A DNA stretch of 63,992 bases, counting the filler, from Chrysochromulina tobinii (taxonomy: Eukaryota), in the NCBI GenBank assembly GCA_001275005.1. It is 8 parts of 8 records of this genome, joined end to end, with 100 filler letters (N's around TTAATTAATTAA, not from the genome) between each part and the next. Parts side by side here need not be neighbours in the genome. Positions count along the whole stretch, not along the records: positions 21,668 to 39,260 come from JWZX01000356.1; 7 more parts are not named here. The stretch is one strand, 5' to 3'. Shown one piece after another: positions 21,791 to 33,508 of this stretch. The translations under genes were made by a program, and so were the position numbers. Position 1 is the first letter of the stretch. Every line of letters begins with the position of its first letter. The notes below the pieces were generated by a model. That model made no database searches and had not been told where the DNA came from. It was given only the letters and a program-made list of their open reading frames with translations.

Positions 21791-23023
21791 ATGAGCGCTC
21801 CTGACACGACATCGACATGCCCCCACTGTCACGCGGCGTTGCCTACCTCGAACCTGCGACTGCACCTCATCCGCTGCCGCCCACCTTTGCCTTCAGCGCC
21901 GGCCGCTGCTCCGCCACGATCCCACCATCTCGTAGGCCGCCGTGTGCGCCTCCGTGGCCTCACCTCCCGCTCGGACCTCAACGGTGCCAACGGGCTCGTC
22001 GAACTCTTCGACGCGGCGAGCGGCAGGTACCACGTCGAGGTCAACGGCGAGACGGTGGCGGTGCGACCGGATGTGTGCGAGGTTCTCACCGCTGACGAGG
22101 TTCTCGCCGCGGGTTGGCCCTGCCGTATTTGCACGTTTGTGAACGACGGCATGCTCGATCAGTGCGAGATGTGCGACGCCAGGCGTCCAGCCGCGACTAC
22201 GGATGACGCCAGGCATCCGGCCACGCCGATGGACGCCGCCAGGAGTTCGGACGCCAGAGGGCCTGATCCAGCCGTCTTTTCTGACACAATCCGGTACTTC
22301 CAGCCTTTGGCCGTTGGCTCGCTTTTCGGCGGCCTGACCGGCGCGTTTCTGGGCGCCATGCGCGGCCACAGCATCCTCAGCGCCGTCGCAACGGGTGCGT
22401 CGACGGGTGCCGCAATAGCAGCCATGATGAACATGTCCGCCCTCCAGCAGGAAGTGAGGCAGGCGGAGCAGGCGAATGCACAGGTCGCCGACATGAGAGC
22501 GCATCGAGAAGCCCGGCACGAGCTCGTACAGCAGCGTCTGCGGGAGTTCATCGCTCAACTCGAGGCGGCTCGCTCGGAACGACGCCCGCCCGGCGCGCCG
22601 CCCGACGACGACGAAGGGGCCAACGGCAGCTCTGGCCCCTTGCCGTTGTTCGGTGTCCCCGCCGCCACGGTTGCAGGGTTGCCAGGCGAGATCAGGCAGC
22701 TGCTGGCACGGATGCACAGCCTCGATCCGGAGGCACTCACACGCATGTTCGGGGCAGGCCCTGCACAGCCGCAGTTGATCGCGCGCCTGCCTAAACACAC
22801 CTATGCGCCTCGGGCCGGCGGCACCGTCGGCGGCGCAGATGACTCGGCGCCGAGCTGCTCAGTATGTCTCGAGGAGTACGCGCGCGGCGATGAGCTGATC
22901 ACGTTGCCGTGCTTCCACACGTTCCACACAAATTGCTGCGAGCAGTGGCTGCAGCAGTCGGGAAGCTGCCCCGTGTGCAAGCACCGCGTCGACGCGCGCA
23001 ATGACGAGTTCCCTATGGGGTGA
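21791..23023 (+). CDS. RING-H2 E3 ligase with N-terminal C2HC zinc finger, SH3-like beta module, RanBP2/NZF zinc finger and hydrophobic hairpin
   Basis: CPHC...LHLIRC; VGRRVRLRGLTSRSDLNGANG; WPCRICTFVNDGMLDQCEMCD; GSLFGGLTGAFLGA...GASTGAAIAA; CSVCLEEYARGDELITLPCFHTFHTNCCEQWLQQSGSCPVCK. Confidence 0.85.
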   Translation: MSAPDTTSTCPHCHAALPTSNLRLHLIRCRPPLPSAPAAAPPRSHHLVGRRVRLRGLTSRSDLNGANGLVELFDAASGRYHVEVNGETVAVRPDVCEVLTADEVLAAGWPCRICTFVNDGMLDQCEMCDARRPAATTDDARHPATPMDAARSSDARGPDPAVFSDTIRYFQPLAVGSLFGGLTGAFLGAMRGHSILSAVATGASTGAAIAAMMNMSALQQEVRQAEQANAQVADMRAHREARHELVQQRLREFIAQLEAARSERRPPGAPPDDDEGANGSSGPLPLFGVPAATVAGLPGEIRQLLARMHSLDPEALTRMFGAGPAQPQLIARLPKHTYAPRAGGTVGGADDSAPSCSVCLEEYARGDELITLPCFHTFHTNCCEQWLQQSGSCPVCKHRVDARNDEFPMG

Positions 23024-23416
23024 GGTCAGAAAGATGAAAAGCGTCGGCGGACGGACGACCAGTCACGACAAAAAAATGCCTTCGCAAGGCTCAAAGATAC
23101 AATTGTCATCAGATCGTGACCAACTTGTCTTCATGTTAGCCATTTACAGTCTGTCTCTAAATTCGACTTCTACGACGTAATCGCTCCTGTTCGCCGTGGC
23201 GTCGCGCGGGCCACGGCGCGTCCTACGACATTTCGTTTCCTCGCGGTTACACGCGGCGGTAAAGGTCGTAGGTCCGCACCGCAGTCCGCACGAAAGCGCA
23301 AGGCGGCACGCCGGGCGGAGCGGGCGGCGCTTATAGCCCTTAGCCGGCTAGTGGCTAGAGCGGCGCAGCTTGAAGGTCGGGTTCGACCAGAGGATGATAG
23401 GGCCGTCTGTGGACAC

Positions 23417-25798
23417 TCAGCGCGGACCTCCTCGCGACCCCGCTGCCGATGGGCGGCATTGCCACGCGCTCGCATGGACGCATCGCTCGGTGACTGAGCT
23501 ATTGAACGCCGATGCCATCGCCGTGTCATTGGCACGCGCAAAGGCGGTGGCGAGCGCCTCAGCCTCCCATCGCAGCCACGGGTTGCCGCGCCAGACTGCA
23601 GGCACCAGCGGTGGCAGCAGATACGGCACTACACCCGCGAGAGGCTTAAAGGTTGGGTCGGCGGTACAGCACCACGTGGCAAGCAACGATTGCGCGTCCT
23701 CATGCCAGCGGCGCGCCTCGGCCGCGCTCTCGAAGCTGGACGGGTCGAACGCATCACGTACATCCTCGAAGTGGAGAACGCGCGCGGTGACGTGGACGAG
23801 AGATCGGCGGAGCTCGCCCGCGGAGATGGTGATCACACCCTCGGGAGATCGGCGGAGCTCGCTGGAGCTCCGTGCCGCGGAGATGGTAATCGCGCCCTCG
23901 GCTGGAAGGGTGGTGAGATCACGGGTGCTGCGGCCCACGTCGGTGCGCCGCCCACACGCATCCTTGCCGGTGGTGCTAGCGCACGCGCGCACCACGCGTA
24001 TGAGTTGGCGCGTGGCGTTGAGGGCAGGGGGCGTGCGCGGGTTGCTCAAAAAGGAGGCCTCGCGGTAGGCAAACGGCGAGGTCGCAAGCGCTTGCGGGTC
24101 GAGATAGTGGTCCGTGGGGCACGTGTACGGCAGCCGCAGCATCTGATGGTCGCCGGCCGTGCAGCCCCCTTCAATGTGATTGGGCCAAAAGCCCACCTCG
24201 CAGCTACAGCGGGTGGGAGGGAGGATGAGAGCACGCCCGAGGGAGCGAGCGAGGAAGAGCGCATTGCGCAGCTGCGCGAGCTGGTGGTACATCAGCCGCA
24301 GGTGGTGGAGCGGCAGAGCACCCCGCGCAATACGCGGCACAGCGAGCCATTCGGGCTCGAGCACCGGCGTGTAGCTCACAAACCCAGATCCAGGCACGGA
24401 GGGGCCGAGAGCGGGCGCCTCCGTGCCCTCACGTGCGTGACTCGAGGCGGCGGCGTTCGTGCTGGCTGGAGCGGCAGAGTACCACGTGGGCGGATCATTC
24501 CACAGGCGCGCTTCTCGCAGGCGCACGAGTTTGTTACTCTCCCGTTGCTCGCGGATCCATACAGCGTGCACCACAAATGGACGTACCGCATGCAATGTAG
24601 GAAGATCCAGCACGCCAAAACTCTGCCCGTTTGTGAACTGCGCAGAGGGCAAGACACCTGCGACGCTCGTGCCGTTGACGAGACCGCAGAGCCGCTCGCC
24701 GCTCGCGTCTTCCACCGCGTGCAGTTCGTGCTTCCAGCGCCACGCGCCCGCTGCACGAGCGTCGAGCCCGACACCGTGCTTCCACCGAAAGTTCATCGGG
24801 GCCTGGTCAACATAGAGGGCGCGCCTGTTCCAAAAGCCAGGCTCCGCGCGCATATGCTCGACGGCTTGCTCGATCGCGAGCAGCGCGCCGGCGCGCGGCA
24901 CGCCCGGCTGCGGCCCCGGCACAAAGTGCATGATGCCAATGTTCATCGACCACCAGCACTGGGCAAACGATTCGATATCGAGGTCAGTCGCCTCGATTCC
25001 GCCTTCGGCGACCACGGCGGCCACGGCAGCCACGGCGGCCGCAGTGGCCGAATCAGTGGCCACGGTGGCCACCTGACTTGACTTGACTTGACTTGACTTG
25101 GCCACGGCTCCTGCACGTCTGACGTCGAGGACGCGGCGCGAGTCCGTGCCGTCTTGAGCGTCGCTCGAGACGGAGAGATCCATACGCGGGTGTAGCAGCT
25201 CGAGAGTGCGCAAGTATGGCAGCGGGTTGCGCAGCCAAACGGCGTCCGAGTCGGACAGCAGCAGTCGCACGCCCGTGCGTAGCAGCGGCAGCACGTGCGT
25301 CCACCGGCCTCCCTGAGGCCGCATCGCCACCTCAGGAGAGTTGACCAGGTACACACCGACGCCACGGGCGCGCAGCCGTGCGGAGAGCGACACGTAGGTG
25401 GCCATCGTCGCATTCATGTTCATCATGCCGACCAACAGCCCGCGCACGCCCAGCTTCTGCATGTGGTGCACCCAGTTCTCACTGAAGGCCGCTTGCTTGG
25501 AATTGCCAAAGGTGACGACAATCGTGTTGTCAACGGCAAAGCGCTGCACGAGCTCCGCGACGCTGGTGCACTGGCCGTATGGATCGCAGTCGTGCAGATC
25601 CGTTGTTGGCCAAGGCGCTCGTTCTGCGGAGGGCGGCGGCAAGAATGATGGCGGTGGAGACGTTCCTACGGGCTGCAAGCCAGAGAGTGACTCTTGCGAG
25701 ACGATGCGCACTGGACGTGGACGAGTACCGCTCTGCGTGTAGAGCACCAGCGCAATCAGGGACACGGCCGAACCGCCTATCTTCAGCGAGGCGCGCAT
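23417..25798 (-). CDS. XEG113: GT77 nucleotide-diphospho-sugar transferase, XEG113-like (extensin arabinosyltransferase)
   Basis: Type-II anchor (IGGSAVSLIALVLY), IVVTFGN...NWVHHM, LLSDSDAVWLRNPLPY (DxD), NIGIM, DQ, KLVRLREARLWNDPPTWY, HHLRLMYHQLAQLRNALFLARSLGRALILP, LPYTCPTDH and REASFLSNP. Confidence 0.8.
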   Translation of the reverse strand: MRASLKIGGSAVSLIALVLYTQSGTRPRPVRIVSQESLSGLQPVGTSPPPSFLPPPSAERAPWPTTDLHDCDPYGQCTSVAELVQRFAVDNTIVVTFGNSKQAAFSENWVHHMQKLGVRGLLVGMMNMNATMATYVSLSARLRARGVGVYLVNSPEVAMRPQGGRWTHVLPLLRTGVRLLLSDSDAVWLRNPLPYLRTLELLHPRMDLSVSSDAQDGTDSRRVLDVRRAGAVAKSSQVKSSQVATVATDSATAAAVAAVAAVVAEGGIEATDLDIESFAQCWWSMNIGIMHFVPGPQPGVPRAGALLAIEQAVEHMRAEPGFWNRRALYVDQAPMNFRWKHGVGLDARAAGAWRWKHELHAVEDASGERLCGLVNGTSVAGVLPSAQFTNGQSFGVLDLPTLHAVRPFVVHAVWIREQRESNKLVRLREARLWNDPPTWYSAAPASTNAAASSHAREGTEAPALGPSVPGSGFVSYTPVLEPEWLAVPRIARGALPLHHLRLMYHQLAQLRNALFLARSLGRALILPPTRCSCEVGFWPNHIEGGCTAGDHQMLRLPYTCPTDHYLDPQALATSPFAYREASFLSNPRTPPALNATRQLIRVVRACASTTGKDACGRRTDVGRSTRDLTTLPAEGAITISAARSSSELRRSPEGVITISAGELRRSLVHVTARVLHFEDVRDAFDPSSFESAAEARRWHEDAQSLLATWCCTADPTFKPLAGVVPYLLPPLVPAVWRGNPWLRWEAEALATAFARANDTAMASAFNSSVTERCVHASAWQCRPSAAGSRGGPR

Positions 25799-26059
25799 GT
25801 ATCCTCTTTCGGGGCGGGGAAGAATCCTTGCGGCATTTTGTGCAGGGACGCTTTGAACGAGGGCATTGTCCCGGACAACTTTTGAGGAGATTTCTTCCGC
25901 ACCATTCTTTCGCTGATGTCGAAAAAGTGTCTTCGTGTTCACAGCAGCGTCAAGAACTTTACGAGAGGGTTGTTCGAAGTTTGTTGAAGCACACAGCTAA
26001 GCAGCCCTCCAGGGTGCGTTCGGATCGTCGGACGGCCCCAGGATCGGAGGAGCTGCGCG

Positions 26060-29000
26060 ATGTCGCGGCCCACCACCGCTGAGGCGCCCGACGATGTGGA
26101 CGACTCGCCGCTCACGATCCTCGAACTGTTCGGGCTCATAAAGTCCAAGGACGAGAATGACCGCCTGGACGGCTTGGCGGAGCTCTCGGACCTCGTCGAC
26201 TCCGCTTATGGCGATGACGGCGCGGCTCTCGGCGAGGCCGTGCGCGCAGTGGGCGGCTTGCCACTGCTAGGGTGGCTCATCGTCGATCCGTCGCCGCTCG
26301 TGCAGCAGGAGGCGCTGCTCATCCTGGGCAACCTGTGCTCTGATGCGTGCGACCCAAATTCAGCACTGACTAAGAAGATGCTGCTCGACACTGGCGCTCA
26401 CCGTGCGATCATCATGTCGATCGGGAGCCCAGACCCGACGGTCCTGTTGTACGCGTGCGGCGCGCTCCAGAACCTGTGCCACGACGACGAGTGGGCCCGC
26501 CTGCTGATAAGTCACAAGGTGCAGCAGCGGCTAGAGAGCCTGGTCACTCATGAGGACGCGCGCGTTGGCCACTACGCGGCGGGCGCGCTCAAGAACATGC
26601 TGACGCGCGTGGGTCAGGACGCTTCGGCGCTCTCTAGTACTGCCCTCGAAGCCGTCAACCAGCGAGATCATGAGGCGAAGGTCGAGGCCTTTAGGTAAGC
26701 GCGCGCTCCGCATCGTTCTCCACGAACCCTAAGCCTAACCCTGATCCTAACCCTAACCCTGACCCTAACCCCATTCAGGTATAAGCGGGCGCTCCGCATC
26801 ATCCGGCTCGCCGCGAGAAACATGCCTCCGGAGGTGCGGCTGCGGCGCTGTCTCGCGCGGACGAACCCGGAGCTTCAGAAGCGTCTCTCGCCGGCAGAGC
26901 TCAAAGCGAACAATGAGGTGAGGGCCGCCGCCAGGGCCGAGGAGAAGGCGAGGAAGGCCGAGGAAAAGGCGAGGAAGGCGATGCTTGAGCAGATCAGCCC
27001 CGAGGATCGCGCTCTGTACGACGCGATGAGCGCCGAGGAGCAGGCCGCTCTCGTCAGGGGGAATCCGGAGGAGCGAGAGGCGTCCTTCGCGCAGAAGCGG
27101 GAGGAGCTCGAGAAGATGGCCCGTCGGAAGAAGACGCAGGCCGCCATGTCCTCGATCACGCGCGCACTCCGGATGAATACTGCCTTGAAGTCGAATCTGC
27201 AGGCTGCCATCGAGGCGCGTGCCGCTGCGGCCAAGGCGGAGGCCGCAGCGGCCGCGGCCAGAGCGGAGCAGGAGGCGGCCGAGGCCAAGGCGGCCGCAGC
27301 CAGGGCGGAGCAGGAGGCGGCAGAGGCCGCGGCGGCTGAGGAGGCCGTGCAGGCAGCAGCGGCTGCGGCGGCAGAGCAGGCGGCGGCAGAGCAAGCGACA
27401 GCAGAGCAGGCGGCCAGGGAGGCGGCCGAGAAGGCCGCAGAGGCGCAGGCAGCCGCCGTGCTCGCCCAAGAGCAAGCGGCGGCAGCTGAGGGACGCGATG
27501 TCAGCGTGGACCTCGAAGCGGCTGTGGTCATGGCGAATGCCGAGGAGCATGAGATTGAGGCGGCAGCGGCCGTCGTGGCGGTCGAGGAGGCGGAGGCGAA
27601 GGCAAGGGCCGAGGAGGAGGCGGCACTGCAGGCGGCGAGTGAGCAGGCGGCGCGCGAGGATGCCTCGAGACTCGCCGCTGAGCAGGAGAAGGCCTTGCAA
27701 GCCGCTTCGGAACAGGCAGCCGCAGACAAGGCGGCGGCCGAGGAGGCGGTTGCGCGGGCGCAGGCGGCAGAGGCGCAGGCGGCGCAAGCAGCGGCCGAGG
27801 CGACCGAGGCCGTACGAGCTGCGACGGCCGAGAAAGAGGCGGCTCTGGCGGAGGCTGCCGCGGCGCACGCCACGTACGAGGCGGCCAAGGCGACGGCCAA
27901 GGCGCTGGCACGCAAGCGGCTGCAGATGGCCACACGGAAGTTGTCTCCGATCAAATTCATGCAAAAGTCTGCTGCGACGGTGGCGAGGGAAGCAGCGGAA
28001 ATGATAGCGGCCGTCTCAGCGGCTGTGGCTGCCGGGGCCGTGGCAGTGGCAGCGGCGGCGGCCGAGGCCGCCCTGGCGGCCAAAGCAGCAGCCGCGGCAG
28101 ATGAGTCGCTCAAGCGCCGCCTCGGGCGCCTGCGTCAGGCGGCGGCGCAGGCGGCGGTCATCTCGGCGGCACAGGCTGCGAAGACTGACGCGGCAAAGGC
28201 GAGAGCTGCCGAGGAGGAGGCGGCGGCGGCGACAAAGGCGGCTGTTGCTGCGGCGGCGGCGGCGCAGGCCGCGGTGGAGCCCGAGGGAGAGTCCAAGGCG
28301 GCGGCGGAAGCGGCGGCCGCTGCAGCAAAGGCGGAGGAAGAGGCGGCGCTGGGGGTGGCGGCGGAGTCGGCGGCCACAGCCAAGGCGGAGGAGGAGGCGG
28401 CGAGGGTAGCGGAGGAAGCGGCGGCGGCGGCGGTGGCAGCTGCAGCTAAGGCGGAGGAGGAGGCGGCGGCTGAGAAGGAGGCTGCCGAGCGAGAGGCCGC
28501 CGAGGCAGCGGAGCGAGCGGCGGCAGCGATGGCTGCGGCGAACGAAGTGGCTGCTCAGGCTGCGGCGAGGGCTGAGGAAGCGAGGGTAGCAGAGGCGGCG
28601 GAGGAGGCGCGCAGGATGGAGGAAGCAGAACAAGCCCGAAAGGCCGCGGAGGTCGCACAGGCGGAGGCGGCTTACGCAGAAGCAGAGGCGGCGGCGGCCG
28701 ACGCGGCGGCGGCCGACGATCGAGCGGCGGCCAGGGTAGCCGCAGCGCAGGAGCTGATCATGCAGGCAGAGGAGCGGGCGAGGGAGGCAGCGGAGAGAGC
28801 GGCGGCTGAGGCGGCGGCTCGTGCAGAGGCAGATAGGCAGGCGGCCGAGATCGCCGAGGCTGCGGCCGCGGCAGAGGCAGCCTACCTCGCCGCGGCTGCA
28901 GAGGCAGAGAGGCTTGCGGCGGAGGCGGAGGCGGCGGCGATCGCAGCAGAGCAAGCGGCCGCTTCAGCCGAAGCCGCATACATCGAGGCCGAAGCGGAGG

Positions 29001-32000
29001 CCGAGGCAGCAGAGGCTGCCGAGAAGGAGGCCGCCGAGGCAGAAGCGGCCGAGGCAGCTGCAGCGCTGGAGGCGGCGGCCACAGCGACCAAGAACGCAGC
29101 GGCGACTAAGCTCCAGGCGGTGGAACGAGGCAAGAAGGACCGAGCAAAGGTGTCCACTCTCAAAGCAGGAGCTGCGGCGAGGGCAGCTGAAGATCTTGCG
29201 ATTGCCGATGCAGATCGCCTCTTGCGAGAGGCAGCTGCTGCGCAAGAGGCGGCTGAGGCAGCTGCCGCAGCGAGCGCGGCCGCGCTGGCTACCGCCGCCA
29301 AGCAGCGAGCGGCCATCCAAGTTCAATCTGTCGAGCGTGGCAAAGTGGCTCGCCAGCGCGTGGCGGAGATGAGGGCCGGGCGTGCACGGGCCGCGGCAGC
29401 TGCCAAGGCCGCTCGCGAGACCGCAGCGGCGATTAAGCTCCAGTCGGTGGAGCGAGGCAAGAGGGATCGAGCAAAGGTGGCCAGTCGAAAGGCCGAAGCT
29501 TCCGCTGCGAGGGCCGAAGCTGCTGCAAAGGAGCAGGGTCCTACTCTCATCGAACGGATGATGGCGGAGGCTGATGCTACTGCGGAGGCGGAGGCGACGG
29601 CAGCCGAGGCGGCGGCGGCGGCTGCACGTGCAGCGGCGGAAACGGCGGAGGCAGAGCGCATCCGCAACGAGGAAGCAGCCGCGGCTGCACGTGCCACCCT
29701 ACGCGCCGCTGCTCCAGTGGCACGTGCTCCCTCTAACGTCGACAGCCTCCTATCGCAGTCCGGCGCTGCTACAGCGGCGGCGGCCACCAAGATACAGGCC
29801 GCAAAGCGCGGCAAGGATGCCCGAGCCCAGTTTCAGGCATTTTTTGGCGCAGGCATCGACAAGTCGGATGCGGGCCTGGAGGCGGCGTTTGCCAAGGTGG
29901 ACAAAGACCAGAGTGGTAAGATCAACCATGATGAGATGAAGGCTTACATCCTGAGCAAATACCAGAGGGGCCTTGCCGATGAGACCATCGCCGAAATGAT
30001 GGCGAGTGCGGACACGAACAAGGACGGTGAGATCGACATCGACGAGTTCAAGATCATCATGCGCGCCGGGCCGGTTGCAGCGGCTCGAGGGCCGTCTGCC
30101 GTCGACAGCCTTCTGGCGAAGGCCGACGTTGCTGCTGCCCCTCGGGGTCCGTCTGCCGTCGACGGGCTCCTGGCGAAGGCCGGCGCTGCTGCTGCCCCTC
30201 GGGGTCCGTCTGCCGTCGACGGGCTCCTGGCGAAGGCCGGCGCTGCTGCTGCACCCGCTCCTCCGCTCGCTCCTCCGCTCGCTCTCGCTGAAAGGCCCAA
30301 AACCCCTGCGGAACAGGTGGCGGCGCAGGCTGTGGCGCAGGTGGTGGCGGCGCAGGTGGCGGCAGCAGCGCCTGATCCTGCGCCCGCTCCTCCGCTCGCT
30401 CTCGCCGAAAGGCCCAAAACCCCTTCGGAACAGGTCGCAGCGCAAGTTGCGGCGGAGGTGGTGGCGGCGGAGGTGGCGGCAGCAGCGCCTGCTGCCGTGC
30501 CCGCGCCGGCGGCGGCAGCACCTTCCTCAGCAGCAGCACCTTCCTCAGCAGCCCCGGCGGCGGCAGCTGATGCGGCGGCGGCGGCCGAGCGAGAAAAGGC
30601 GGCTGCTAAGCTGCAGGCGGCCAAAAGGGGCCAGAAGGGCCGTGGGAAGGCCGCCGAGGCCAGGCAGGAGAAAGGTAAGAAGGCGCCCGCGAAGGTGGTG
30701 GCAGCAGCACCTTCCTCAGCAGCAGCAGCACCTTCCTCAGCAGCAGCACCTTCCTCAGCAGCCCCGGCGGCGGCAGCTGATGCGGCGGCGGCGGCCGAGC
30801 GAGAAAAGGCGGCTGCTAAGCTGCAGGCGGCCAAAAGGGGCCAGAAAGCCCGTGCGAAGGCCGCCGAGGCCAAGCAGGAGAAAGACGGTCCAACACACGG
30901 CGCTTCCGTTCAGGAATCCCTCTCGAAAAAGTTTGCGGACGAGAAGGCCGCAGCGGAGAAGGCTGCGGAGGAGAAGGCAGCCGCGGAGAAGGCTGCGGAG
31001 GAGGCGGCCGAGCTGGACAAGGCGGCCTCAAAGCTGCAGGCCGCGAAGCGTGGCCAAAAAGGGCGGCAGAGGGCGAAGGAGGAGAAGGCGGCTACGAAGC
31101 TGCAGGCTGCCAAGCGAGGCAAGGATGGTCGGGATAAGGTCTCTGCTCTCAAGGCGGGAACTGCTGGGGAGGAGTCTGCTGAGGAGCCTGCCGAGGAGGC
31201 GAACGCGAAGGACGGAGCGTCCTCCTCCTCGTCCTCAGAGCCCTCTACGCCGGAGCCAGAGAAGCCCCGTACCACAGTCACCATGAGCGAGATGGACCGT
31301 ATGCTTGCCGCCCTGGCGGACGATGATGGAGAGGACGACGAAGAATTTGAAGCGTACGCGCTCAGCAGCCAGAACGTAATGTATGAATTCCGAGGCGACG
31401 ACCTAGTCAAGATAGAGGATGGAGAAGAGACTGTCTTCCCAGGCGAGAGGCGTCCGCCGACCGCCGATGCGGCGCCCGCCGCCGCACCCGCCGGCGCACC
31501 CGCCGGCACACCCGCCGACGCACCCACCGGCGCACCCGCCGCTGCCGCCTCCGATTCATTGCCAGCCGGTTGGTCTGAAGCCCAAACGGCCGAGGGGAAG
31601 AAGTACTACTACCATCGGGACACGCAGCAGACACAATGGACGCGCCCCGTCGCTGTTGCCGCCACACCCGCACCCGCCGCCGCTGCGCCCGCCGCGCCCG
31701 CCGCTGCCGCCGACGGGTTGTTCGCCGGCTGGAGCGAGGCAAGAACGCCAGATGGGAAGACGTACTTCTACAACCAAGCAACGGGGAAGACACGCTGGAC
31801 CAAGCCCACGGAGGTACCAGTGACTCGCCCGGCTTCAGTTGACGAAGCGCCAAAGCCCCAGGCCGCGCCCGCCGTGCCCGCTGCTGCGCCCGTGGCTGCT
31901 GCCGCTGATGCATTGCCTGCTGGGTGGAGCGAGGTGAAGAAGGCCGAGGGCAAGACGTACTACTACAACAGGGAGACGCGCCAGACACAATGGTCGCGGC

Positions 32001-33508
32001 CCGGCGCTCCCGCCGCTGCCGCGCCCGCCGCTGCCGCCCCCACTGCTCAGAAGCCAGAAAGTACGCCGCTACACTATGCTGCTCGGTACAACAAACCGAA
32101 CGTGGTGAAGCGACTGCTCGCCCAGGGCGCCGATCCGCTTGTGAAAGACCCCGACGGCAAGACTCCGCTCGACTGGGCGCAGCAACTGAACCACCAGGAG
32201 ATCGTCGTGTTGCTTGGTGGCTTGGTGCTGCCGACGGCCAAGCCGCCGACGCCACCGTGGACGGCTGGGCTGCCACTGGTGCTCGACGTGCGGGTGCGCG
32301 ATCACAGTGGGGGCGCGCACTGCCAGATCTTCATTCGGCATGCGGATGAGCCCGAGGAGGAGGAGGAGCTGGCCGAGGTGCTGCCGCCGGCGCTCATGAA
32401 TGCCGCCGAGATGTGGATGGCCGTAGATGCGGAGGCGAGTGCCGTCGAGGAACTGCTCGTGCCAATGCCCCCCAAACGCTCTCCGCCTCGCGGGCGCTTC
32501 ATCGACCATCGGCGCTTCCGCGAGCGCCTCTTGTTCCACGACCCGACGCCGCTCTACTTCGAGAAGCGCGGCGCCAAACAAGCCCCCTTACAGCGGGACG
32601 CGTGGTCGACCGAGGTGCCCCCCAAACCGCTGCCCACGACGGCGCCCATGACGGCACCCGCGCTGGCGCACGCGACGGCGCACGCGCTCGACGGCACGGA
32701 GCCCGATGGGCTCGACCTGACGATGTTCGATGCGCAGCGATCGACGCTCAGCACGGCGCTCTGTGGCTCGACCGCCTCTGCCATCGGCTACATGCATGCC
32801 TCCTACCCGACGTATCTGACGGTTCCACAGCCACCGCCCACGCACGAGTATCCGCAACCGCCCGCCACGGCGCACGCGGCGTTAGGGGCGGGCGTGGCGG
32901 GCACTCGCATGAGACCCCGCCCGCCCGGCAGCTTCCTGCCCAAGCAGCGCCCAAGCGCGGCCACAAGCGTCTGGCCTTCGTACCCGAGTGGGCTGCCAAA
33001 AACCGCCGAGCCGAAGAGGGCGGTGACGCCGAGTGACTACGAACGGCACACGGATCAGGCCACGTGGCACCCGGATCAGGCCACGTGGCACCCGGATCAG
33101 GCTACGTGGCGATACGCGCGCGCCGACGTTGAGAGGGAACTCCTCGCGCGCGAGGCGCAGGCCCAGTCGTACGTAACCGCGCTGCAGGCGCAGGTCGCCG
33201 CCCTTGCGGCGGCCGAGGCGAGATCGAATCTCCAGACGGCGAGATCGACTCTCCAGACGGCGATATCGGAAGGCGTGCGGCCGCGCGCGCGCCTCGGACG
33301 CCTTTCCAACGTCCTGCCGCTGTCCGCACGGATGGCGATGTTGCCTGAGATCCGTCCGCAGCGCGCGACGGACTGGCGACTCTCTGCCGCCAACTTCGGT
33401 TCGGGCAAGATCGCTCAGGCCATGCGCCCGCCCAAGATTACCGACAGCCGGCTTCACGGCTCGCTGCGCCATCGGCCCGAGGCTGTCTCGGGCTTCTTCG
33501 GCGCGTGA
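26060..33508 (+). CDS. ~2450-aa multidomain scaffold: ARM repeats, Ala/Glu coiled coil, 8 IQ-like motifs, 2 EF-hands, 3 WW, 2 ankyrin (intron 26695-26778)
   Basis: Splicing joins ORF 26060 to ORF 26822 (EAFR|YKRALRII). ARM: ALLILGNLC, ACGALQNLC, AAGALKNM. IQ-like: AATKLQAVERGKKDR and similar. EF: DKDQSGKINHDE, DTNKDGEIDIDE. WW: LPAGWSE...YYY...TQWTRP x3. ANK: TPLHYAARYNKPNVVKRLLAQGADP. Confidence 0.8.
26725..26772 (+). repeat. Degenerate interstitial telomere-like (CCCTAA)n repeat inside an intron
   Basis: AACCCTAAGCCTAACCCTGATCCTAACCCTAACCCTGACCCTAACCCC; about 7 units. Confidence 0.85.

Noticed and set aside
26765..31527. Many long antisense and alternate-frame ORFs over the giant gene (and 594/643-aa antisense ORFs over the ARM array)
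   Set aside because: These are shadow ORFs expected from very high GC and Ala/Glu or repeat codon bias. They carry no independent motifs.
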